Positions 37,801 through 50,900 of a DNA stretch of 64,000 nucleotides are shown here, one piece after another (position 1 is the stretch's first letter; each line of letters starts with the position of its first letter). The notes beneath the pieces are model-generated. The model ran no database searches and was not told the DNA's origin. It saw nothing but the letters and a program-made list of their open reading frames with translations. Source of the DNA: Perna viridis. Lineage: Eukaryota. The translations under genes were made by a program, and so were the position numbers. The DNA lies in the NCBI GenBank assembly GCA_037379345.1, contig CM074519.1:14796742-14860741 (forward strand), given 5' to 3'.

Positions 37801-40757
37801 CTCTTGAATACCTTACTCCTCAAACTTCATGGCTCAAACATTTCAGTTCTCGCGTAGTAATAAAGTACACACTTCATCAACTTTAAAGTTTAATGTTCAC
37901 ATTAGGCAGACATTTTTGTGTGTTTTGTATAATTAGTAAGAGAGCCCATTTTATATGATCTAATACACGGTCATGTACATTGTCCCCCAGTTAACTACAA
38001 GAACTTGGATTACCCCCTCAAAAAGCAACGTCAAAATTATATCTAAAAAAATACTGGCAACTGCAATATTTATTCATTGGCACGGTATAAATACATGAAC
38101 ATTTAAATTTAACTTTACCATTGCTGTTTAGTTCAACTTGCTCTTTAAATCTTGCTTTGACATCTAATATTTCATCTTCGACGTCATCGGTTCCCCGAAT
38201 TTTCCGTAAGATCGTCCTAGCTGCATCATCAGATCCTTTACTAAGTAACCATCTTGGACTTTCTGGTAAAAATATGAACCCTATAAACTGTATAGCAGAT
38301 GGAATTCCAGCTAGTCCAAGCATGTACCTACAATGTATAATATTACATGTTAAAGGAATGTAATGGATGCTATAAGCTCAGTTGGGCTGAATACTAGGAG
38401 ACAGTGCATGATTAGACCAACAATCTCTGCAAATTCGTCATAGCTAGCAAGTTAAACAATTATGCTTCATGCTCTCTTTTACATATATATGTATACCTTA
38501 AAAATGTTAAGCGGAAAGGGGTAATAATAAAAAAAGTTCAACAATTGTATATCTGATCAGTCATATCAGTCCTATATCCGGTAATTTATAATTACATAAG
38601 GCATTAAAAAATCCTCACCAATCTATCATGGGCAAATATTGCACACTTCTCTATGACTGAATGTATTTTGTTCTATAGTTTTGCCGAAACTACGCAGACT
38701 TTTTGTATCGCACTAGAACTCTAATAGGCTTCTGGAACAGGATTATGTTGCTACAAGATTGAAGTCATCACTACAGAAGTTTTATGGTCGTTATCATGAA
38801 CTCGTGGATCGTTATGGTGTATCCATCAGCACCATGAAAACTGATTTATTTAACGGGTCATAGTTTTCCTTTCCTCGTTTGTCTACCCCGGACTTGACTT
38901 TTTATGAGCACCTCGGCGGGTGTTTCTAGAGAAACAGAGGACGCTTACCCTACCGGTGCACCTGGTTCATGCTCCCAGTTTTTAGTGGGAACCAAGATGT
39001 TCATTTACTTTTGTTACTTTGTATGTATGATTTTAGTAACTTTATGTTCTTTGTTGTGTATGTCTGTTTTCCATGTCTGGTCTTTGTCCCTGGATTACAT
39101 TCTTTTGATTACCGTTATGGCCTTGGTTCCCTTGATTATTCTTTCGTCTCTTCGGCGGTTGCTTAACTGGCTTTAAATGTCATGCTCTCCATACTTACCT
39201 CCAACCGTTCTTTTCATCGTAACTAAAAGCTCCATCTACAACACTGGCAATAAACTGTCCAGAAGTTATAGAAGCATTGTTCAGAGCTACAAGTCGCCCT
39301 CTCATGCTAGGTGGGGCACATTCTGCGATGTATACAGGCACTGTCATTGATGTAATACCTGTTGAAGATAACTTTTATTTATGTTAATGTCATTTTGATT
39401 TGATAAATACGTCACTGACGTCACTTACACTTCGTAGTCAAAATTGTGATAAACTGTATTATGTGTAACTAGGGTCAATGTCACTTTAAAAAGGTTACAC
39501 GTCATTAAATTCAATGTCATTTGTGATATACGTCATTGAAGTGTAATCGAAGCCTTCCTTTGGTTATGCTATTAGTACTGCAGTAAAACCTCTCTAAACC
39601 CACTCCTTAACGGTTAAAGTGTTCGTTCTAATCATACTGGCATTCCGTTATATGTATTGACAATGTTTTGTGGTAATGGTTTTTGACGTTTTTTGACATA
39701 TTGAAGTTGTGCATTCGAGGATGTGTCGAAGTAAGAAATCTGCCCAAACTTTTGTTAGAATATTTTTCAATTTTGCCAGTGAAAATTTACGGTAAAAATG
39801 ATCGAGTGAGTGATAGCCTGGAACCCCCTCCCCGTTATAAATTTCTAGATCCACCCTTAAATTCAAGGTTCAAACAAAAAGTATCCAACAAAGTTATATC
39901 ACCCTTGCAAATGGTAAGAAATCGACTATAAATGATAACGAGGCTGCTGTTAATTCTAAATATATAAAGTACCAGTCAACACGAAAATCAGACACTGCGA
40001 ATGGTAAAGTGAATCATAGTGTAGAAAACCCCCATCAAACACTGCTTTCTCGGTCTACATATGCTATATTTTTACGTAACAATAGCCCATTGTGTATTCA
40101 GATCTGTATTTGTGAGAAAATCAAACATTCATCAAACCAGGAAACGAAAACTCTTGAAAAATGCAAATTTCATGGAAAATTATATATTTTTTTTTTCAAC
40201 CAAATGAAAACTAAGACTGATTTTGTGACCAGTAATTGTTTCTGAACAAGAAATAAAAGTAGGTTTCTTGTCTGATTTTTTAAAAACTGCTACTTATTTC
40301 ATTTGAGACTTGACTTCGTAAAGGTCATATGTATCAGTGATATAAAATTTTGTACCAAAATAGGAGGAAAAAAACAAAAATTAGAACCCCACTTACCAAT
40401 TCCGATTCCCAAAATACCTCTACCGACTATCAGCATCATTGTATTCTGGGCAACACCAAGAACTATGGCTCCAACTGTGAACACCACGCTCCCGATTAGA
40501 GTTGTGATTTTCCTTCCAAAAAGTGAATTTAAGAACCCACTTACAAGCGCGAAAATAATGGCAGTTGCAATCGTAACACTCACAATTATTTCCTGAGAAA
40601 ATGAATCGAGATTAAACTCGTCCTTCAATAATAGCATAGCACCAGAAACGACTCCCGTGTCGTACCCGAATAAAAATCCCCCAATCGCCGCAAAAAATGT
40701 CAAAGTGTACAAGAAGCATGATCCGCTGTTTTCTTTTTCTGATTCTAGGCCTTTCAT
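31847..40757 (-). CDS. SLC2A13: Proton myo-inositol cotransporter (HMIT/GLUT13), MFS sugar porter, 568 aa
   Basis: Nine exons: 40397-40757, 39199-39358, 38119-38327, 37319-37427, 36116-36279, 35225-35336, 34312-34547, 33637-33789, 31847-32049 (1707 nt, all GT-AG, phases consistent). Motifs [40 protein letters not shown], the HMIT Cys-rich loop ([13 protein letters not shown]), [20 protein letters not shown]. Confidence 0.95.
32146..32980. mobile_element. MITE with ~27-bp terminal inverted repeats in the last SLC2A13 intron
   Basis: ATGGGTGTCTTCCTCGAATGCCAACAT ... ATGTTGGCATTCGAGGAATAAACCCAT; subterminal TTCCTTGAATGCCAACAAAA at ~32188 and ~32903; no ORF. Confidence 0.75.
35868..36040. mobile_element. 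Short TIR element (CAGGGGCGGAT-type MITE)
   Basis: CAGGGGCGGATTC ... GGATCCGCGCCTG; a related end occurs at ~30894. Confidence 0.55.
37630..37740 (-). mobile_element. Diverged 3'-tail fragment of the Penelope family
   Basis: GAGTAATCAAGGGAACCAAG...AATCCAGGGACAAAGAC...ACAACAAAGAACATAA matches the terminus of the other copies. Confidence 0.7.
38678..39143 (+). mobile_element. Penelope (Naiad-like) 3' fragment in SLC2A13 intron 2, antisense to the gene
   Basis: RT tail ([10 protein letters not shown]...[12 protein letters not shown]...) plus the shared 3' UTR; ends ~55 bp from the exon-2 donor. Confidence 0.88.
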
Positions 40758-42755
40758 TTTCTATTTTCGAAATGTACTGTCAACTTTGATATGACGAGTA
40801 TTTGTGATATAAAATGAACAAAATTTAAAGTTATTGTTAAATAACTACGGCATACAATGTGAAACCTTAGAGATACATATGAGGTATTTCTTTTGGGAGA
40901 TAACAGTTTTATCAGCGTATACTATTCATTTTAAGTGAGATTACATAAATGGGATGACGCTCACTTGGAGTATAAAAAATCTAGGTCATTTTAACATGAT
41001 ATATACACACTCAAAGTCCAATTGCAGATCAAGTATGGTACTGATCAGCATATTTTTTTCAATGAAACACCACGCGACTGGAAACTGTTCTACATCAGCT
41101 TAACACATGGCAGGCCAAGGAAGGACAAATACACAGTAAGACTGCCATTCCTCCCTACATCAGCTCAACACATGGCATATCACAGAAGGACATAGAGGAT
41201 AATACGACACGGACAGCCGTTCCTTTATAATACAGGTCTGTGTTGAATGATGCAAAATTTCCGTCAGACATACTAAATGCCTTGCCTAGTAAAGAAAATA
41301 ACCATTTTCTATAAAGATAATCAGCACTTAAATATAAATTTGTTTTTGTATATTTCGGACAGGTGTTTCCGTTGCTTTGCAATCATCTTTTGGTTTCCGA
41401 GGATGGTACACGCCTTGAATCTGTTCTCGAACAAGGGTTAATGAATTAAAACAAAACAAAAACTGCTGTTTTACTGCAAAAAGCATAACCTAAAATCGCT
41501 TACAACGTATGTCCTATCTATATAAAGACACATCAAATTTAAAATCAATTTGGAAATGAGATGATTACGACGAAATCGGATGACCGGAATGACAGACGGA
41601 CAGACAAGTGATTCCAACATACCACCAACTCGTTAATTGGGGGTATGAAATATCGTCCTACAACTGCGACCTAATGGAGACTTTTATAGGTCTTACCATA
41701 AGGATATTAAATTCAACATCAGCAATTTCTTTCTATCTATTATGGTTTTCAAGTTTCTGCAAACTAATGACACAAGACAAAATTGTTCGCCTTTAAAGGG
41801 CCATTACTCTACAAAATGTAACCTTGACCCAAAGAAACTTTCTTAGGCTTTATCATAAGAACTACTTCATAAATGGGATGTTCTTTTCTATCAATTACGG
41901 GTTTTATTTTAAATTGAAAAAAAAAAAACAACAAAAACAACAAAAAACAACAAAAAACATAGTTCACCTTTCAAGTTACAACAACTATAACAAAATGTTG
42001 TCCTTCAACTTTGAACTAACATAGACTTGAAGCAAAATAGTGGAATAGTGGCTTTACTTATATGTTCTATAATCAAACACTGCAATCACATTTGTTTCCC
42101 CATAATCAACACAATATTTAAAGTAACCCATTTAAATAATGCTGATGACTAAATTTGGTAACAATCCACTCAGTAATTTCAGGAGAGAAGATTTTTTTTT
42201 AGAAATGTAAACAACCACAGATGCTAAGAAATGGCAAAATGACAATTGTGTTATCTCCCTTCACAATATGTTTTGTATTTAATGAAAATGATTTGTAAAA
42301 TCCTTAACTTTGTGTGGTTTCAACATAGGTACTTTGGAATAATCTTTTAACCTTCTTTTATTGTTTGGAACCTTGTGGTCAGATTTTATAAAGATCAACC
42401 AACTAATACTCAAAGTTGTTATCACATCAAATCCAAGTGTCCCTGGACAATAACACAAACAAAGACTTGAATAACTGACAACCACAACAAGCACCATACA
42501 ATCATATGACAATTTTCTTTGCAATCATTGAAAAATTCCAGATCCCTGAACTTTATTTTAACTCAGTTTTTGTGACAAAATATGGACAATAATGTATTGC
42601 AAAAAAAAGCTATTTATATTCATTTGATGTTACAGTTTGGGTTAATAAGGAACTGCAAACAGCTGTCCGAGTTGTAAGCCATGATACAAATTACCATTCT
42701 TTCCTCATTTCCAAAAACTTTGTAAAGAAAACTCGAATAAAAGGAAAAAAAGAAA

Positions 42756-44668
42756 AACAAGAGGCTCCCAGGAACCTGAATCGCTCACCTGGTTGAATTT
42801 TGCCTTTCAAGGGCAATAAATCAAACAAGAAGTCCAACAATTTTGACCCAAGAAAACTTTGATATGACTTATCATATGGATCATTTCAGTAAATGAAAGT
42901 CTAAATCTATTATAGTTTTCAAGACATTGGCTGAAAACTGTAAAAAAAGAAAAACCTGTCATTTTCCCCTGTCAAGGGCAATAACTCCTATAAGGTGTCT
43001 GAAAAATTTTATGCCTGAAGACTTTTGTAGTCCTAAAAATAAGGATCATTTCAGCTATTGAAAGAATTTGGCTAAACCTAACTGTTTTGGAGATATATGC
43101 GAAAAACTACTGTCTGACCCTTGTGTTCTATTTTTAGTAACAGTGGCCATGTTTTTCGACGGATCAAAAAACCCCACTAAAATTCAATGCAGGATACCCC
43201 AAGGTACACTTATATCGAGTTTTGTTTCAATTGATAAAATAGTGTCAGAGGAGGAGATTTTAGAAAGAAATAACATTAAATAGCAAAAAACTTTGAATAG
43301 AAAAAGGGCAATAACTCCAACATGGCTTAATAGATTAAAATGAAAATTTGACCGCAGATAGATCTCATCATGCTGAACACTTTTACCTCTTTCAAAATGG
43401 GCTAAACCTAACCATTTTGGAGATATGTGCAAAAAACTATTGTCTGACCCCTATGTTCTATTTTTAGTAACAGCCGCCATACTTTTCAATGGATCAAAAA
43501 AAATCCCCACTTCAGTTCTATGCAGGATACCCTAAGGAACATTAATACTAAGTTTGGTTCCAATTGGTCAAGTAGTGTCAGAGGAGAAGACTTTTGAAAG
43601 AAATTAAAAAAAGCAAAAAAACATCGAAAAAGGGCAATAACTCCAACGTGGCAGTACAGATTAATATGAAAATTTGACTGCAGATAGATCTCATTATGTT
43701 GAACATTTTCACCTGGTCAGGATTGGGCTTAACCTAACCCTTTTGGAGATATATGCAAAAAACTCTTGTCCGACCCCTATGCTCTATTTTTAGTAACTGC
43801 AGCCATGTTTTTCAACGGATCAGAAATCCCTACAACAATTCTATGCAGGATACCCTAAGGAACATCAATACCAAGTTTTGTTCCAATTGGTCAAGTAGTG
43901 TCAGAGTAGAAGATTTTTGAAAGAAATAACATTAAAAATAGCAAAAAAACGTTGAAAAAGGGCAATAACTCCAACCTGTCTAAATAGATTAAAATGAAAA
44001 TTAGACCGCAGATAGATCTCATCATGCTGAACACTTTTACCCCCCCCCCCTCCATGTTAAAATTTAGCTAAACCTAACCGTTTTAGAGATGTATGTAAAA
44101 AACTAGTCTGACCCCTATGTTCTATTTTTAGTAACAGTGGCCATGTTTTTCGACAAATCAAAAATCCCCACATTGGTTCTATGCAGGATACCCCAAGGAA
44201 CGTTCATACCAAGTTTGGTTCCAATTGGTGAAGTAGTGTCTGAGGAGAAGATTTTTGAAAGAAATAACATAAAAAACAGCAAAAAACGTTGAAAAAGGGC
44301 AATAACTCCAACATGGCTTAATAGATTAAAATGAAAATTTGACTGCAGATAGATCTCATCATTCTGAACACTTTTACCTCAATAAGAATTGGCTAAACCT
44401 AACCGTTTTGGAGGTATATGTAAAAAAACTACTGTTTGACCCCTATGTTCTATTTTCAGTAATGGCAGCCATGTTTTTTGACGGACCAAAAATCCCCACT
44501 TCAGTTCTATGCAGGATACCCCATGAACTATTCATACCAAGTTTGGTTCCAAATGGTCCAGTAGTTTCAGAGGATAAGAAATTTGAAAAATTGTTAACGA
44601 TGACGGATGATGATGGACGCTTAGTGATGGCAATAGCTCACATGGCCTTCGGCCAGGTGAGCTAAAAA
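42756..44668 (+). mobile_element. Helentron-associated non-autonomous element (HINE-like) with an internal ~330-bp satellite array
   Basis: Begins AACAAGAGG...CGCTCACCTGG and ends with the hairpin AGCTCACATGGCCTTCGGCCAGGTGAGCTAAAAA. AAGGGCAATAACTCC recurs at ~42974, 43305, 43630, 43958 and 44296. Confidence 0.8.
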
Positions 44669-44942
44669 GGGAAAGGAAAGTGAATGTTCATTAATCCAGA
44701 CTAACATCTTACCAAACTACACTTTGTATCATTGAAACACAAAAATATTTTTTTTAGTTATACAAGGTGTAGATGGATAGACTGATAGAAAAATAGACCA
44801 TAGTATACATTCTACTGGAAGATGGGTGTAAAAATACAGGTAAGTCCACATAATGTTTTAATAAGTCTATCACAGATTCATTCAGCATGTGATTAACATC
44901 TATTACTGTTACAACATGTACTAAAGAGTCCAATGTAGGTTA

Positions 44943-47900
44943 CTACGGTGACTGTCGTCTGCTGGACCATAACACCCATACACATAACCCACCAGATAAT
45001 ACCGTTCCAGCTCTACAAACAGGAAAACAATAATTAATGTATATGAATAGTTTCATCCATTCTTAGCCAGTGAAAAAAATGCATGTGACTATATAACCAC
45101 TGGATGGTGCTAAAATTTCTGTGAGAGTTTTCCTGCCATATTACATTTCCAAGTTTTCTACAGATTTCATGGGAGAAACAGATTCTAACTCCAATGCTCT
45201 CGGGGATTACAAGATTGCTCCACTCTCAATAGTTAAATTTTAGAATTCAACCCACAAGCTTTAGTGAGTGGGTTAATCTAAAATTTAACTATTGAAAGTG
45301 ATGAGATCTAGTAATCCCCTTCACACTGAAGGATAATCTATTTAAACTGGAGTGAGTGAATAACCAAAATATGATCATGCGTGTTGAAGGATGCCAAGAT
45401 TTAATGAGTACCCTATGCTTTGTATCATGGTTTATCCAAACTATCGCCTCATTTCCCTATTTATAATATATAAAAAGATTTTCTGAATAATCATTATTAG
45501 TTTTATAAAATAAATTTCAATTTTGTGGTTGATATTCCAAATCATCAATTATGTCAATTATAGTTATTTGATCATTTCGGATGAAGGAGAAAAACACCTG
45601 TTCATATGCACTGATATCGACCTGTTACATTGACTTAAGCTTCAGTAAATATAATCTGAATGGGTCCAAATATTATGTACTGAATTTGTCAAAAAAGTCC
45701 AAATTGATAAATATACTGTAATTACCATAAAAATAATTAGAAGGTATTGCCGACTTTGATACTACCCACAACAAAATTTCTAAATTAACATGTATGTCTG
45801 TAGCAAAAACTTCCTTTTTTTAACTAAGCATCATATTTTTTTCCCTTTTAGTTAATGATCCAACACCAAACCACCAAAAATTAAAATAAATATAAAGTAC
45901 ATTGTCTAACTTATGTTAAATTTCAAAATTGCACACATTTTTAAAATCAATGACATTTTCTCACCCCAAAACCCCACTATTATTTAGTGTTACTTACAAA
46001 TGGTATTTTGAACTCTATTGAGAAGAAAAATACTTAAAAAGTTTTCTGACATAGGTTCCTTAAATGCTTAAATATTTACGTACAATCTGAAAAAAAAAGA
46101 CTTACAACAGAACATTCTTTATCCCTGGAGAATGTCTCCATATACTGTACTTAGCTACTGATATTCTCTCATGTTGTCTAAAATTCTTCAGTATATCTTT
46201 GGCACTGAAAAAGGAATGATAGTAGAGTTATTCTTCTTTGTATGAACAAGATCACAGAAATAGAACAACTTCTTTACTTAGACATATGAAATATCAAACA
46301 AAAAAAAACAGAAACTAATATATCAGTGAAGAAAGATGTATAGTCCTGAGAAATTTCTTATTCTAACATTTTCTAACAAAATAGAGCAAATTAGGCAGCC
46401 TTACAAACAAGAGGTTTCAAGGAGCCTGAATCAATCATCTGGTTAAATTTTGCCTTTCAATGGTAAAAAAATTGAACAAGGAGTTGTCCAACAATTTTGA
46501 CTCAAGATTACTTTTTTCACCTTTCAAGGACGATAACTCTTACAACGAGTTGTGTGACAACTTTGATCCCTGGAGACTTTTGTAGGCCTTATAATAAGGA
46601 TCATTTCAAAATTGAAAGAATTTGGCTAAACCTAACAGTTTTGGAGATATAATATGTAAAAAAACTATTGTCTGACCCCTATGTTCTATTTTTAGTAAGC
46701 CATGTTTATTGACCAATCAAAAATCCCCACATCTGTTCTGTGCAGGATACCACAAGAAACATTCATACAAAGTTTTTGATTCCAATTGGTGTAGTGTCAG
46801 AGGAGAAGATTTTTTAAAGAAATAACATTAAAAATAGCAAAAAACGTCGAAGAAGGGTAATAACTTCAACATGGCTTAACAGATTAAAAATGAATATTTG
46901 ACCACAGACAGATCCCATCATGCTGAACACTTTTACCAAGTCAGAATTTGACTAAATCTAACAATTACCAAGATATATGCGAAAACTACTGACTGACCCC
47001 CTCATTCTATTTTTATTAATGGTGGTCATGTTTTTCACAGAGCAAAAATCTCCACACCAAGCTCGATTCCAATTGGTGAAGTAGTGTCAGAGAAGAGTCT
47101 TGAAAAATTGTTAACAATGACAACGGACACCATGTGATGGCAATAGCTTACATTGCCTTGGGCGAAGGTGAGCTAAAAAGTATCTTACCAGCCATAATTA
47201 GAAGTGGCCACCAATGCTGTTGTAGGTCCTCTTATCCTGACATCAACAGAACCATACTTAGAAAACCATCTGGCTATCTAAAGAGATACATGTGCATAAG
47301 ATGTATGTCTTATATATTAAGGATACTTTTCTTTTCTTCAGAATCTATCATGTGTAAAAACTTCTGTTGGGGAACCTATTTTAATGGGTTTCTTTGTTGA
47401 CCATACATGCATTTCACATCACTGTATAATAATTTTATAACAAGAGGCTGTAAAATACCTACCAACCAGATTTTTTTTTAATTGAAATTAGAATTGTGAG
47501 TGATTAACTTAAGGAAGTATTATTGAGTGTTCTTACAAAGATACATGTACATTCACCAATTCATAGAAAAGAATTCAAAATCAACTGAAAGAATGAACTT
47601 TTTGTCACAGATGCTATAGCATTTGTTGCATTTCAAGATATCAGTTCTTTGTATTAAATGGAATTCAAATAAATCTTTAAAATAAACATAACATTAAATG
47701 CTATTGGAAAATATGCAATTAGCATTGACCTTGACCTTTAACTTAAGTTATTTAAAAGCCCTTGATAATTTTTGTCAATGTCAAAATCTCTACAGTACAC
47801 CCTTCCTAAACTGCCACTGTTCATTCAAACAACTGAATGGCTGTATAACACATTTAGCAATAAAGTGAGGAACGACATAACTACGGTAGGAGTGAAAGTG

Positions 47901-50900
47901 TAAAAACAATGATCCATTTTTACAAAATAAAATTGTTGTAAAACATGTAAGTGTATTAAGCCTCTTGTAAGTGTAAAACCAATTATTGTGACACTATCAA
48001 TCCCATTGGAACTACTCAGACATTCTGGTTGTTTGCAGAGTAGTTCCAATTGGCTATTGATTAAAAATTGACCATTAAGATCACAGATGATTATGCCACT
48101 ACCCCAAAAATCAATCCATGTCTTTCTCTTGTGATATGACTCCTTGTAGTAAAAATCATACCAGATCAATTCATTTTTACTCAAGTTATTATTCCAACAT
48201 AGTGAAAATGCTTATTTCAGGCTCCTTTTGGCCCCTAATTCATACGGGATTTAAGTCTAAACTCCAAAATTGAGCACTGCAGACATGGACTACAATGCTG
48301 AAAAGAAGGTAGCCTTATAGATCATCATTGACAAACAGCAGGAAATCATTTCACTTGAGCTGGTACAGAGGGAGAAAAAAAAACACTGTACAGGAATTGC
48401 CAATCTGTAACTTCTATTTATAGCCCTTTGTTGTTAATAAAAAGATCATTATCTATATTGAGGAATGAAAAGAAAAAAAAGACCAGTAAAATCAAGATGA
48501 CTTCGCAACAGTGAAAAATAAATCTCTGAATGTCCAATAGGTGAAATAAAAAATCAATATACATGTACATGAAACCAAACCTCAATCTATACCTGTCCTG
48601 CTTCTAGTTTATAAGAAGATTTCCGTGACTTAACATAAAGTAAATCTGGTCTCTGGGATTCTGGATCTTCACCGTCAATACACTACAAGTATATTCAATA
48701 TATTTCTATAATCTGTGTAAAAATTCAATTCTCAAGTTATAGAAGATTACAGCTACCAGTCACACTATAAAAGATGAAAAGTAGAGAAAAGAAATGGGGT
48801 AGTTTTAATGAGACAACTATCTTGGCAGTCAAATACAAATTAATAATATTGTGAGAGATTTCAATAAAAAGCTTCGCCAAGTTCAGCACGATACTACCAC
48901 AGCCAGTTGAACAGTGTCCACTTAAGGCAATTGTGGACACAATATTAGTTTTTGACACACATAACATAAGAACTCACAGTTTATTATGGACACATCAACT
49001 CATCCAGATACAATATTGCACAATATTTTGAAATTCAATTTAAGTAAAAATGTCTGCTTCATGGATCACTTTGCACCTCACTATCTTCCTCTTGTGATAT
49101 GTCACTTTGTAATACATTTTCAAAATGATTCATTCACTAATAGCCAAGTTATTGTCTGGACATCAAGAAAATGCATGTTTCTGGCTTCCTTTTTGGCCCC
49201 TAATTACTGCAAAGTTCCAAGTTTTTACCTAAAAAATCAATCCAAGTCTGACCATCCTTGTATAGAATACTGTGGAACAATATCATAGACATTCCTATGC
49301 TTTTGATAGTGTGTTTATAGTTTATTTCCATGAACTGCTCGTCTTATGCCCTCTTTTTCCCCCTTTTTCTAAAACAGTTGGGGCCATAACTCCTAAAATC
49401 AATACCACCTACTTTTTGTGGTTTGGAACCTTGTTATAAAATTTAATCACGATCAACCTACTAATACTCAAGTTATCGCATGAATACCAAGTGTCTAGGG
49501 TCAACGAAACAACAATTCCAGTGCCATATCAATATTCCCTACTTGCGGAGCTCGTGATGCAGCCATATTTTATCCTGTTTTTGCAGAGTTACCTCCCGTA
49601 AGAGCAGGTATAATTTTCGAAGTCCCTCTAATCGATGTTTGGATTCAGGTGCAGAAAAAAGAGGTAACTCGAATGAAAACGGAATTCCCAGCAGACAAAC
49701 ACAACGGTGTATCTAAAATTTACAGGGTGTTTCATTTTGTTGGTAGGTTACATAAGGATGATTTTCATTTGTATCCCGGGTAAAGAAAATTTATGGCAGG
49801 GTCAGTAGAATGAGAAATTCCCTTTTGACTTTCGAGATTTGCTAAAGTATCGTCGATATCGGATGGAAAATCTTACATGTTACGATTAGACACCTGCTCC
49901 AAAGGGAGATAAATGTTGACAGAATGTTGGTCCGCAAGTCGGGAATCAGACTGCAATTTTTTGTGGTTGTAGAAAAAGAAAATACCCTTTGCTTAATGTG
50001 GACTTCTTGAAAACAATAATCTGATCCCCTTGCAGAGACATTAATCATCTTCCTCTATGAACATCTACATATGTTGCCTTGTCCCATATAAAATTTCATA
50101 AAAAAATATTTTGAGCAGTTAAGTTGCATTGATATTGTGGGTAGTATAATAAAATAAACAAGACCAAGACATGTTTGTTTAGAAGAAAATACTTGCAACA
50201 TTATAAAATTTATAATAATTAATTCAAAATAATAAATAAATTGGGTGTTAAGTAATAATATTACGATCTAAGAAGCAGAAATCATTTCCACAAAAGACAT
50301 AACTATTAAATCAAGCATAAATTACAGTCCAAGTATCACCATCTTTCCAAATTTTTTGCTCATCACTTGTAAGTCATTGCTCAATCACTCATGGTTCATT
50401 TTTTATCTTGCAGTGCTCATGGCTCAATCCATGACTCAAATGGGAAAATGAAGCATTACAGGGACTGTATGATGTAACAATGCTAAATTCTATTGTGTGA
50501 TGTGATAATTTACTTTTACTAAAACAAGATTTTGAGAAATTGACACCAGTTGTATGACTTGGTTAACTTACTATATGGTTAATGTTGGCCCTGATTACAT
50601 TGACTTTATTTACATATTGTGAAAAGGAATGTACATATCTTCTGAATGAACATGGTACAACATCTGAAGATCTAAAAATATATAAATATTATTAGAAAGT
50701 TGGTCTTATCATATAATGAAATCATGATAAAAGAAAACAAAACATAGCTTAAAAACGTACTTTTAAAACAAAAAACTTCTTAATGTACAACAATAAATGG
50801 AGATTAGTATCAATTGTTTCAAGTTAACAATGGTCTCCAGAATATATAATGTCTTGTTTTTTATTGTTTCAAGTTAACATTGGTCTCCAGAATATATAAT

